Source: Amoebophrya sp. A120 (lineage: Eukaryota > Protista > Dinoflagellata). Taken from it: 64,000 nucleotides of DNA. Made by a program: the position numbers and the translations under genes. Positions 24,701 through 35,419 of this stretch are shown here, in pieces. Numbering within the stretch: position 1 is the first letter of the stretch; each line of letters opens with the position of its first letter. Below the pieces are notes generated by a model. That model saw only the letters and a list, made by a program, of their open reading frames with translations. It was not told where the DNA came from and ran no database searches. The DNA is taken from positions 2,561,065-2,625,064 of the forward strand of contig CAJINV010000003.1 in assembly GCA_905178155.1 (NCBI GenBank), written 5' to 3'.

Positions 24701-27700
24701 TTGCAAATACGTCTATGTCTGGGTCTGGAAACTTGCCAGGCTTGTCATACTTTGCGGAGAAGAAGAGCAAAGACATACAGTTCCACAACCACCTTTTTGT
24801 CATTTTGCAAAACCGCGATATTTGTATGTCAACAGGAACTCCTCTCCGGCAGACTAGCCGCGCAAGCACTTTTGGTGTGTGGGTCCTCTTCATCGAAGCC
24901 TTTTTGTGTTTGTCAACGTCCACACTACGTTTTGTAGACCCAGACCTAGTTGCACTGGATAGCACATCTGCATTGACGACTTCATCCCTTGCACCATGCA
25001 GCGCCGCGCCGCAGACGGCACCCTGCGCGCCGAGCCGGTCTTCACCCAGTATCGGAACTACGAGCTGTGGCCACTGCTGCTCGAGAAGGCGTTCGCGAAG
25101 TTTTGCGGCAGCTACGCGAATCTGGAGGGCGGGTCGGCACTCTGGGCGCTGCAGGCCATGTATGAGAGTGTACAAAAATCCACCCCACCTAATTTGAAGG
25201 GCAAGACAAGAGCAGCAGCACAAGAAATTATGAAAGAACCAAAAATCATGTCGCGTGGTCCGCATGTGAAATCCAAATCTCCACACGGAATTTTGCCGCA
25301 CTGTTTGAGGTTCCAAATAAATCCCTTATGCAGGGCTAGCCTAAAGGCAAAACATGGATTCGGTATTTTTGCATTTTACAAATCTTTACAAATGAGGGGT
25401 GAAACAGCATTATAAATGAGGGGAAGGGGGAAACAAGATGCACTCTCATACTTTGACGGGCGACAAGCCCTACATGTTCGAGCTGAACGCCCCGGGCACC
25501 GTATCCTGTGTAAGCACGTCCCCACTCCAGAGTCAAGATGCGACCTTTACTACACAAATCAGTACGCTTTGACTGTTGCGCATGACACTTCTGGGTTTAC
25601 TCTAGTGTAGTCCTGTTTGGCTAGTGAAGCCGCATTACCAATGCTGAATCGAACTCCTTATCTGATTAGTGTAGGATAAAGCACCAGACAGCACAAGGAA
25701 ATGCTCCTCATGGGGTTGCGCATGGGAAATAGTTTAGGCATGCAGATGTGCATGATAAATCTGGGTCGGGGACGTCGTTTTTACTTAGGAAACACCGGAG
25801 AATGGAAAGGATTCGAAATGGTGAACTTCTACCAGCAGTCGCCCGACGAAAACAAGAAGCGCATGAAGCAAACGTCTCTACGCATTGCAAATATGTCTGG
25901 GTCTGTAAGAGTGTAAAAAGTTTGTCATGCTTGTCTTGCAACATGGATGACTGCTACCTCTTGTGTGATGCCTGAGCAGGATGAGAGTCTCTTGCCTGTA
26001 ATGCAGAAGCACAGTTATTGCCATGCAGAAAACGAAACACATACACATAGCAGCTCAAGAGCTTGTCATGCTTGGTTGCGTATTGCAGTGTGTCCACCCT
26101 TCCCAAACCAGCATCACAAGTCTCCAGACCCAGACATCTTTGCATTTGATGGTCTCCGAGCAAAACCAACTACGGCTTCGTCGCACTCCCGAGGGATGCG
26201 GTGGGGCTATCCTGTGCAAAAGTATCGTACTCGTATAAATGCGAGCCCTGCATTACAAATCTGGTTCCCAAGGCAAATCTGCATTACAAATTTTACTTCT
26301 CATGCTGCGGAAATTTGTAATGCATTTATACGAGTACGATACTTTTGCAGTTCATAGGGGCACAGCCTCAGCATATCAGAATCGAAATCCTCCCGCCCAG
26401 CAAATCAATAGAAGTACGCAAAAAAAGAAAAAGTGAGGTTCGTGTAGCAGGATTTGCCTGGTGCACAACTCACCTGGTTTATTTGCAAGAAGGCATTTCC
26501 ATTTTGGGCGGATCCCAAGCCTGTGCAGCAGGTAGAATGTTCGAATCCTAGTTGTAGTGTGGTATACCTGTTGCAACTTCAGTATGGCTATTGCGAAGGG
26601 GGGGGGAATCTTTCGCCACGATACGCCACGCAGGACATGTGGAACGTGTTGCTGAACTTCCACAACCGCGGCAGCATTATTACGGCGGGAGGAGTGCGGG
26701 CTGAGGCCTTCGGGTTGCGTATCCTGAGTAAAAACGTACCCACACCAGAGTCAAGATGGGGAATCGGCTAGACAAGTCCACAAGTTTTGGCTGTTTTGCA
26801 TGACAAATTTGGATTCGTAGTGTAGTGCTGTTTGAGCTAGCTCAGCAGCATCAGAGATCTAGCATACCATGCTGATTGGAGCATGACAAATTGCAAAACA
26901 CGACTAGAAAATGCTTCGCATGGAGCTCCGCATGAGAAACATTTTCAGCATGCAGATTTGCGTTACAACTCTGGTGTGGGTACGTTTTTACTCAGGATAT
27001 TGCGTGCAAACCATGCGTATTCCGTGCTCGACTTCTACGAGTCCGGGAACAAAATCCGCCTGGTATGCAGTGCAAAAGTATCGTACTCGTATAAATGCAT
27101 TACAAATTTCCTCAGCATGAGAAATAAAATTTGTAATGCGGATTTAGCTTCAGAAAAAAATTAGTAATGCATGACTGCAATTACTACGGAGTAGGAGTAC
27201 GATACTTTTGCACAGGATACATGGTGCTGATTCGCAATCCCTGGGGGTCGGGCGAATGGACCGGCGATTGGTCCCAGAGCTCGCCAAAATGGGATAAGTA
27301 CCCAAAAGCCAAGGAGAAATGCTTCATGAAACAAGGTACTTACCTACTTACAACTTGGACTTGTTTCGTTCAGACTCCTGCTAGAGGTACTATTAAGTAA
27401 GTACCTACTCCAGTCGGACATGTTTGATGCACTGCTCGTCTTGAACAAAGCAACCACTGCAACTACGGGGTCGACGCGATCTTCATCGCTAGAAGTAGCA
27501 AGCTTCTTTCGTGCTGCGCCTTGGTGTTGGTAAAAGGTATCGAAGATCCGCAGTAAAGAAGTAAACACAAGTAGTACAACGCTGCAGGGGGATGATCGTC
27601 AAATTAAATTTCCAAATAAAATTCAATTGTTTCCATAATTTTTTCGTAGAAAGTTGAAAAGAAATCGTCGACCATGCTGATGCTGCCAGCCTAGGAAACT

Positions 27701-29651
27701 TCACACGACATCACACAGGCGAGGGCAAGTTTTGGATGAGTTGGACAGACTTTTGCGCGCACTGGTCCCGGCTGCAGGTCTATCAAATGTAAAAGTGTCT
27801 GGGTCTGGAAGATTCTGAGACTTGTCATGCATGTTTTGCATGACCCAGGACGACTATAATGCACGCCCTAGCATCACAGATTTTCAGAGGGCTTCCGGAT
27901 GCCTACTCCGCATGACAAACGCCCTCCTCGCGTAGCACAAACTACACTCCTCTTGCTGGTCATGCAATACAGAGTTTCTTAGAGTCCGAAGTTAGCATCA
28001 CAAGTTCCAACCTTCCAGACCCAGACACTTTTGCATTTGATAAGGTCTTGGAGCGGTCCGTGAGTATGGACAATTTGTACCTCGAGGTGCAGGAGGGGAA
28101 CTGCTGCGGACCCTGCATTGGGTGCGCCCGCGGCTGTGCCGGTTTCTTCTGCTGCTGCCGGGGGGTGGAGCGTCTGTACTATCCACGCACTGCCAACGAG
28201 GGCATTCAGGTCCACCGAGACTGTACGTGCTGCTGCTTGCGCTGCGCGAAGCCTTGTTGGGCCAAGTTCGGATGCTGGTACCCCGAAGAAAAATCCACCC
28301 TCTCCCCATGTTTATTATTGGTAAAACAAGGAATCAAGTTAACTGGAATCAAGTTAGACCTGGAATCAGGTTATATGGAATCAAGTTAAACCCGGAATCA
28401 AGTTACATGGAATCAAGTTACTACCTGGAATCTATCAAGTGGTGGAATGGAATCAAGTAAACCACCACAACTTCATCCCCATCAGTCCTTCGCCTCGCAA
28501 TGCCTCCCCTTGGAAGAATCTAGCTGCTGCGCTTTTTGTGTTTTGTGGCTGCCACACCCTCGCGCCTAAAGTTCTCCGCTATTTTTTTTGAAAGGCGGCC
28601 ACGTTCATCAAAGGCGTCTGGCTTTTCTTCCTCCGGTCGATAGAGACGAGGCGAGTAATGTTATAGCTAAGCTTCGCGCGCCCGTTTTGTTTTACGGCTC
28701 TTTGCCGAAAGTTTTCAAGGCTTTCGCTTTGCGAAGTTCCCGGGATTCCATTTGTGTCTCCTTCCCTCGGAAGGGGTGTGTCTCTGGGAATTCCGTCTTC
28801 ATTTCGCCTTCCCTCGGGAGACCCATTGCTCATGGGACTCCGTTTCCACTTCGCATTCCTGGGGATGGTGTCAGTCTCGGGGGATTCCGTTTTTCCTTCC
28901 TGCGAAAGGTGTCTCGGGGGCCGCCATTTCGCCGCCCTTGCACTCTGGTAGGTCTCTCCCTGGCGGAAGGACCGCTGCTTGATTGCCTCTTGGGGGAGTG
29001 TGAGTTGTTTATTTCCTGGCTGGCGCGAAGCTTTCGCCATCGACTCCAGATTGATGAATGGCCCGAGCTTATTGACACCTCCTGCGCGACGTGGGTGGTT
29101 CGGGGTTTTTCTGTGCCCGGGCTCGCCGAGGCGTTTTGGATTCGGCTTCGGAGCGCGCAGGTTTGCGGCTGTCCGGGGCTGTGCGCGTGTGCTTACAGCT
29201 TTTGCGCCGGGGGCCCCGAATGCCCCAACAAGGCTTCGCGAATCCTTGTTGGTACAACAAGGCTTGGTGCAACAAGGCTTGGCGCATGCCAGGACTGTCG
29301 TCCTGGCATGCGCGAATCCTTGTTGGTACCCCGAAGAAAAATCCACCCCCTCCCCATATTTATTATTTTTCCTGCTAGGACCACATGTATATATAACCTT
29401 GCTCATGCCGAGCAGCTCTACTCTGCTCGCCACACAGCACGCTAGAAGGAATCTGCGTACCGTGAAGACTTGCTGCATCACTGAGCAGGTTCTCATCGAT
29501 CTGCACAAGAAGACTGCAACGGCATCATTCAACATGGAGACCGCGGGGGATTTTTCTTCACGATAGTTGGGTCTTCTGGTTCCTCATAGTCCCTGCCTTG
29601 GTCCTGGTCATCGTTTTAGCAGCCACCGGCCATCTCACAGGGAAAAAATAA
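21703..29651 (+). CDS. Calpain-like cysteine protease (CysPc, peptidase C2) with Cys-rich flanks and a C-terminal transmembrane anchor
   Basis: After removing 14 introners and GT-AG intron 27336-27718: YTDSEF, ICQGALGNCWLLSA (Cys 24272), ICIDDFIP, ELWPLLLEKAFAKFCGSYANLEGG, GLRANHAYSVLD (His 27012), LIRNPWGSGEWTGDWS (Asn 27236), GKFWMSWTDF; ends VFWFLIVPALVLVIVLAATGHLTGKK*. Confidence 0.9.
22322..22573. mobile_element. Introner family A, 252-bp subfamily
   Basis: DR CCTGG/CCTGG; TIR. Confidence 0.92.
23414..23604. mobile_element. Introner family E-like, degenerate
   Basis: Weak TIR TATCCTGTGCAAAA / TTTTGCGATGCATA; DR ATATG/GGATG; frame restored. Confidence 0.7.
23813..24195. mobile_element. 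Introner family F-like, degenerate
   Basis: TIR TATCCGA..TGCACAGCCCC / GGGGATTGTGCACTCGGATA; DR AAAGA/ACAGC; frame restored. Confidence 0.78.
24309..24560. mobile_element. Introner family A, 252-bp subfamily, inverted
   Basis: Reverse-complement homolog of 22322-22573; DR GGAGC/AGAGC. Confidence 0.92.
24695..24961. mobile_element. Introner family A, degenerate
   Basis: DR GCGGA/GCACA; WVR|ICIDD in frame. Confidence 0.82.
25161..25450. mobile_element. Introner family F
   Basis: Ends TATGAGAGTGTA / TGCACTCTCATA; DR CCATG/CTTTG; LQAM|TG in frame. Confidence 0.85.
25502..25792. mobile_element. Introner family B
   Basis: DR CACCG/CACCG; frame restored. Confidence 0.88.
25879..26151. mobile_element. 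Introner family A
   Basis: DR GTCTC/GTCTC; TIR. Confidence 0.9.
26208..26356. mobile_element. Introner family E (TATCCTGTGCAAAAGTATCGTACTCGTATAAATGC)
   Basis: DR GGGGC/GGGGC; ~35-bp TIR; 149 bp. Confidence 0.92.
26374..26623. mobile_element. Introner family D-like, degenerate
   Basis: TATC..GATA ends with C-tract/G-tract; DR CAGCA/CGCCA; frame restored. Confidence 0.75.
26720..26999. mobile_element. Introner family B, young copy
   Basis: DR TTGCG/TTGCG; TIR perfect over ~32 bp; inserted just upstream of the catalytic His codon. Confidence 0.95.
27064..27219. mobile_element. Introner family E
   Basis: DR CCTGG/CATGG; IRL|VLIRNPWG in frame. Confidence 0.9.
27781..28042. mobile_element. Introner family A, inverted relative to 7562-7826
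   Basis: DR AGGTC/AGGTC (also yields GT-AG 27778-28044); TIR. Confidence 0.92.
28279..29565. mobile_element. Composite introner family D: two left ends (28279, 29327) and one right end
   Basis: TACCCCGAAGAAAAATCCACC occurs twice; right end GGGGGATTTTTCTTCACGATA; DR GCTGG or GTTGG / GTTGG; removal joins GCW|VFWFL. Confidence 0.8.
28330..28459. repeat. GGAATCAAGTTA array (~8 copies, alternating 15/17-bp spacing)
   Basis: Copies at 28330, 28345, 28362, 28377, 28394, 28409, 28427 and 28449. Confidence 0.9.
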
Positions 29652-30541
29652 AAAATGTTGCGATGAAGATGTTTATTTAGTGATCATGACGAGTTTGAGT
29701 TTCTGTCCATAGATACTTCAGTACGCATAGTAGATAATTGGCATGCTCCGCGACTGTACTGCCCGTCCCTGCGGCTGCAGGGACAGGAAGTACACGGCTT
29801 TTCTTTTTCACGGCTTGGAGCTTCTCGCAATGAAAGTACTTTTTCTGAATATGCAGTTTTGACGTATTTGAATTTGTAATGCTAATGGATTGATTTTGAT
29901 GCCGCGATTGCGTTGCCAAAGCCGTCTGTCTCTCAGGTTTTTTTCGAACAATGAAGACACTGGGACTGGCATGGCTTTTGTGATGGATTATGAAATAGTA
30001 CAACATACCATATGGTGCATGTGCCACCACTTTATATCTGTTTCACGATCTACTTCTCGGCAACCGAGGACCATTTTTGCTTGCTCTTCGAGTTCGACGA
30101 AGAGCATGACTCATCGTCAAACCTCTCATGGAACAAGAACATGAAAATTTAACTTTTTCATGACATCTTTTCAAATGCAGGGTGGTTCCTAGTAGACCTC
30201 CTGTTGCATTCGTCATAAACAACCTCAAATGAGAAACGATAAATGAATGATAATGAAGGAAGGGAAAACGAAACGAAAATGTTCCCGATCTTGAACTCAT
30301 ACATTCTACATTTTTTGCATGTAGTGAGGTTGGTCACCGAATGGTTCTCTAGCCTGGTAGGCCATGTGGCGAAATCGAATATAGACCCATAATGAGAAGT
30401 AAGAGAAACCAAACAATCACATAACACTAGCGCCCCTCTTTGGAAAACATTATTTAACATCGCGTGTGTTCCATTAACATGTGAAATTCGCGATGTTTGA
30501 TGTGTCACACATATATGAATTATCCATCAGATTCTACATAC

Positions 30542-30652
30542 TTTGTGGAAAAAAAAACATTCCATCAACATTTAATTGGAATCAATGACATATCAAATTT
30601 GTGGAAAAAAAACATTCCATCAACATTTAATTGGAATCAATGTCATATCAAA
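30542..30652. repeat. ~56-bp tandem duplication in an AT-rich island
   Basis: TTTGTGGAAAAAAAA(A)CATTCCATCAACATTTAATTGGAATCAATG(A/T)CATATCAAA x2. Confidence 0.9.
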
Positions 30653-31081
30653 TTATTCATCGCCTTTCTTTCCCATTCCATTCTTCCAATGAATACAAGA
30701 ATCATGATCCATCATGATCAATTCCATTTCTCCATATTTTGAGTCATATCATCAGAAATATCACCTCTCCGGGATCGAAAAAAAATTCATTATTGATTCA
30801 TCTGAGATATTCTGTGTGAATTTTTCAGGATTGAAATTCTTTTCAATTTCACATTCTTTTCTTTCTTGTCATGTCTGGATGAGATTGTATCTGTCTCTTA
30901 GGATCTGTCCGAGATTATCAATCTATCTTCATTCTCATTATCAATTTCACATGCATAATATATTAATTTTTTTCAGAATTTGAGGGGGAAAAAAAATTTT
31001 AAAATCGATTGATGTCGGAACACCAATGTTAATTTTTTTTTTCATAATTTTCAAAAAAATTTCAAAATCTATAAAAAAATA

Positions 31082-34071
31082 TCGACCAGATCGAGGCCCA
31101 GTGGGCCCGTGAAAAAAAAAGCTATGATGTCCGTGAAAAATTTTTTTTCCCAAAGAAAAAAAATTTTCGCCCCAGCCAATTCATGCAGACAAAGAAGCCA
31201 CCAATCCCAAAAGGACCACGTCACCGGCAGGGGGGGCACTGAAAAAGCGCGAAGCCTTTTGGGGCTAGGGAAAATACCGAACCCCGGGCAACATCGTCAC
31301 CACCCGGCTTCGCTCATTTGGTTTGGCTAAGAGCCACCAGACCAAGAACCACCCACCGACCCAGGACGCCCGACAATGGAAACAACACAGGACAAAACAC
31401 CCACAAGCCAAACAACTGTAGGAAACATGGAAGGCCAAACTCCCCAATGTCCTCACCACGCCTTGATCGCAGGTTGATTCGGAATCAACCTGCGGTGGTT
31501 GTGGTGCAAAAAAAGTCAGCGAAAGGGGCGAAAAAAAGTCAGTTTGTCGTCAGTTTGTCGTCAGTTTTTAATCATAAAAAGTTCAAAAAAATAGGCCGCT
31601 TTTGCAAACATAAGGGAAATCCCTTTGGTTTTTTGCGCGCGCCTATTTTTCTGACTTTTGTCTGACTTTTTTCTGATTTTTTTCTGATTTTTTTTCCGAT
31701 TTTTTGCAACTTTTTGCCGTGCATTTTGCGCCGCAAGATGCCATGAGTCCGCGCTGGACTCACGGCCATTTGCGTCGCAAAAGAAACAAGCAAAAGAGCA
31801 GGCTGATATGGGCTCAACCAATCTCCTCCGGTAAAGACAATCACAAAGGCGCCTCCTCCCAATCTGCAGCGCTTCGCTTCATGTGGTGGGCGCCGCCGGC
31901 ACATACCACACGAAACGACACACGCGGCATCTGCCCCGGTGATGGAGATTCGAAGCGCCACACACTGCCAGGGGGTATCGATCAGGCAGACAGGCCCGGG
32001 CGACCTAACAATTCTAATCGGGGGATAAAACTAGGCTAATTTGCGAATCCTTCGAACCCAGAACCAAAGCCAAAAAAGAAGTTGGAAACAGATGTGGGAA
32101 GCAAGATGGCGGGCGAAGCCCAGGCATTGGCTTGAAGGAGGACCCAGGGAAAAGGAAAACGGCCCCCGCCGTGGACATTTCGAAAACCAAAAACGGAAGC
32201 CAATGCCTGAACTCCAAATACTCGCAATGCGAGCGCTTGAATTCCAAGTGCTCTAATTCACATCTAATTTGCCGTCTAATTTACCTCCGGAACCCCCCCT
32301 CCGGAGTCGTCTAGACGACGCCCGGATTCCAAAACCACCCCGATCTAACCTGTGGTCTAATAGTGTTCTAATTTTTTTCGGCCCTTTCTAATATGTCGTC
32401 TAACCATGTTCTAATCTGCACCCCACTGCGCAAAACAGGGTCGAAAATTCCAATGGGATTTCCCTAATGACAAAAACATTAGGGAAATCCCATTGGAATT
32501 CCGCACCCGTACACAGTTAGATGCAACTTAGAACCGGTTAGAAGACACATTAGATCAGGTTAGATGACAGGTTAGAAGACGGAATTTTGGCGGGCGAAAA
32601 AGTTAGCTTGCAGATTAGAAACGCAAATTAGAATTTTGGGCCTGTTGTTTAGCGAGCTGTTTACTGCCCAATTAGATGACTCGAGCCAAGCTCCGCTCGG
32701 GTCATCTAATTGGGTTGAAAGCGGAGGACCCCTCCGGGAGCTTGAACAACGCACCGCCCATCTGAAAAGGAAACACCCACCCCAAAACAAAGGGAATCCC
32801 TCCGCCCATCTTTGTCGCCAAAAACGCGCCGAATTTTTAAATTTTAAAACCCCCACAGGAGCAGAGCGGCAGCCGGCCCCTAGCCAAAATACCACCCGGC
32901 GCACAGGGCGCGACCGAGACAACGGCGCCGACGCAAATTAGCCATTTTTTAGGATCCAATTAGGGCGGAAATCCGCCCGGACCTGTCTGCCTGAGTATTC
33001 GACCAGATCGAGGCCCAGTGGGCCCGTGAAAAAAAAAGCTATGATGTCCGTGAAAAATTTTTTTTCCCAAAGAAAAAAAATTTTCGCCCCAGCCAATTCA
33101 TGCAGACAAAGAAGCCACCAATCCCAAAAGGACCACGTCACCGGCAGGGGGGGCACTGAAAAAGCGCGAAGCCTTTTGGGGCTAGGGAAAATACCGAACC
33201 CCGGGCAACATCGTCACCACCCGGCTTCGCTCATTTGGTTTGGCTAAGAGCCACCAGACCAAGAACCACCCACCGACCCAGGACGCCCGACAATGGAAAC
33301 AACACAGGACAAAACACCCACAAGCCAAACAACTGTAGGAAACATGGAAGGCCAAACTCCCCAATGTCCTCACCACGCCTTGATCGCAGGTTGATTCGGA
33401 ATCAACCTGCGGTGGTTGTGGTGCAAAAAAAGTCAGCGAAAGGGGCGAAAAAAAGTCAGTTTGTCGTCAGTTTGTCGTCAGTTTTTAATCATAAAAAGTT
33501 CAAAAAAATAGGCCGCTTTTGCAAACATAAGGGAAATCCCTTTGGTTTTTTGCGCGCGCCTATTTTTCTGACTTTTGTCTGACTTTTTTCTGATTTTTTT
33601 CTGATTTTTTTTCCGATTTTTTGCAACTTTTTGCCGTGCATTTTGCGCCGCAAGATGCCATGAGTCCGCGCTGGACTCACGGCCATTTGCGTCGCAAAAG
33701 AAACAAGCAAAAGAGCAGGCTGATATGGGCTCAACCAATCTCCTCCGGTAAAGACAATCACAAAGGCGCCTCCTCCCAATCTGCAGCGCTTCGCTTCATG
33801 TGGTGGGCGCCGCCGGCACATACCACACGAAACGACACACGCGGCATCTGCCCCGGTGATGGAGATTCGAAGCGCCACACACTGCCAGGGGGTATCGATG
33901 ATGGGGCGAGGCCCCGAGCAGAAAGAAGTCGGAACATGAGCGGACCCAAAACACAAGCCCAAGGAGCCGCGGCGGTGAATTTAAAAAAAAAAAAAACTCA
34001 ACACTTTCGATTTTTTTCATGACCACCATAAATTTTTTATTTTTTCGACCACTGGGCGTCGATCTGGTCGA
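31082..34071. mobile_element. Intergenic ~3-kb non-autonomous TIR element with a duplicated 0.9-kb left arm
   Basis: TCGACCAGATCGAGGCCCAGTGG at 31082 and 32999 is inverted (1 mismatch in 23) at 34049-34071; 31082-31982 is repeated at 32999-33899; possible AAAATA flanking DR. Confidence 0.75.
32446..32500. repeat. Perfect 24-bp inverted repeat with a 7-nt loop
   Basis: AATTCCAATGGGATTTCCCTAATG-ACAAAAA-CATTAGGGAAATCCCATTGGAATT. Confidence 0.95.
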
Positions 34072-34789
34072 AAAATAATATATGTGTGTCGGGGTTCTAA
34101 GATATATTTCGGATGAACGAATGATATCTATGATGAAGAGAGGAAGATAATCTCGATTTGATCCTAAGAAATATCAGATCCAATTCTTGAAATTTTGCAT
34201 CAAGATCATTCAATCGAAGAAAAAAATCAAAATTATCTTCTCAGGGAGAAAAATCGATATGATATCGGGATTTCTTTCAATCATCATGATTATCTTGGAG
34301 AAGAAATTTTTCGGAATCATTCATATATTTTTTTTTCTTTCCATCTCGAGACAGAATCAGATCCCTATACATGAAAATAAATCCTAACAAATGAGATGAA
34401 GGAAAAAGAAAAGCGTGAATCTCGGATGTGATGATCAGAAAGAAAAGAAAAACAAAGATAGCTGGGAATTTTTGTGGTTTTTCTTTTTGCTTTTCTTTCA
34501 AAGGTGGCGACTCGCACAAACACACACAGAGAGTTGCGAAGGCATGCATTCATTGTGCATAGATATTTGTATTTCATTCATTTTTGCAAAAAATATTACC
34601 TAAAAGATTCGAGAGATTCCAAGACTGTTTCTTTTATGCATTTCATTTTCGAAGAAAATTTGTTTTTGTCGCATAAGACACAAGCAAGACGCTATCAACC
34701 TTTGTTCATGCCTCGTAATGAGTTGAGTCCGTCTGTATTCTCAAAAAGTGGAGGAATTGGTCTCCATTGCTGTTGCGCACTGCCTGGCA

Positions 34790-35419
34790 CTACATGACGA
34801 TGCTTGATGGTGTTGAATTTTCTCGTGGTTCCATCTCCGCTGCTGGTGTGGAGGATGAACTCGCAGGCATCTCAATGGCTTCTCTCGCAGCGCCGGGCTG
34901 TTTTGCGCCCGGAAGGTCGGTGAGACCGCTGCACGCCTTAAAACTCTCCTCGCATTTGAATTTTAAAATGCAGGATTTGCACATGGCGGCCTCGGGATCC
35001 AAACAGCTCATTGCGCAGTTCTCGAATGTGCACCGCGACAGTTTACCAAAGCAATCTGCACACGGCGCGTCAAAACCCTCCCGCACAGAAATGCAGTGCG
35101 CCATGCATTCGGCACCCTCGTTGGGTTTATCCGGGTGGCCAAACGCGTTGATGCAGTGTCCCCGGTAGTCGCATCCCGGCGGGCCCTGCAGAATGCATGT
35201 TTTCATGAAGTCATTCATATCTGTTTTTACATCCTCCCAGATCGTGTGGTCTTGTGTACCGAGGCACGCGCCCGCGCCGTTATCGCTTGTGGCGAATGGT
35301 CCTCGCGGAGAAAGAAAAGCGTAATTGGTTCTGGAAGGAAGCAAGACCGGCTGATGGTCACCACTCGGGTTGGCGCCTATGAAGGCGGCGAGAGCGGCCG
35401 CAACACCTGCTCCAGGCAT
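34790..35419 (-). CDS. Small Cys-rich protein, possibly secreted
   Basis: 209-aa ORF with regularly spaced Cys (CMAHC, CADCFG, CTFENCAMSC, CKSC, FKACSG) and a hydrophobic N-terminus. Confidence 0.7.
   Translation of the reverse strand: MPGAGVAAALAAFIGANPSGDHQPVLLPSRTNYAFLSPRGPFATSDNGAGACLGTQDHTIWEDVKTDMNDFMKTCILQGPPGCDYRGHCINAFGHPDKPNEGAECMAHCISVREGFDAPCADCFGKLSRCTFENCAMSCLDPEAAMCKSCILKFKCEESFKACSGLTDLPGAKQPGAAREAIEMPASSSSTPAAEMEPRENSTPSSIVM

Noticed and set aside
28579-29535. Overlapping 318/285/195-aa ORFs as a possible transposase
   Set aside because: No recognisable DDE, tyrosine-recombinase or RT motifs; they lie in rearranged intronic filler
31082-33899. LTR retrotransposon (0.9-kb direct repeats)
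   Set aside because: No TG..CA ends, PBS/PPT or gag-pol; an inverted terminus downstream fits a TIR element better
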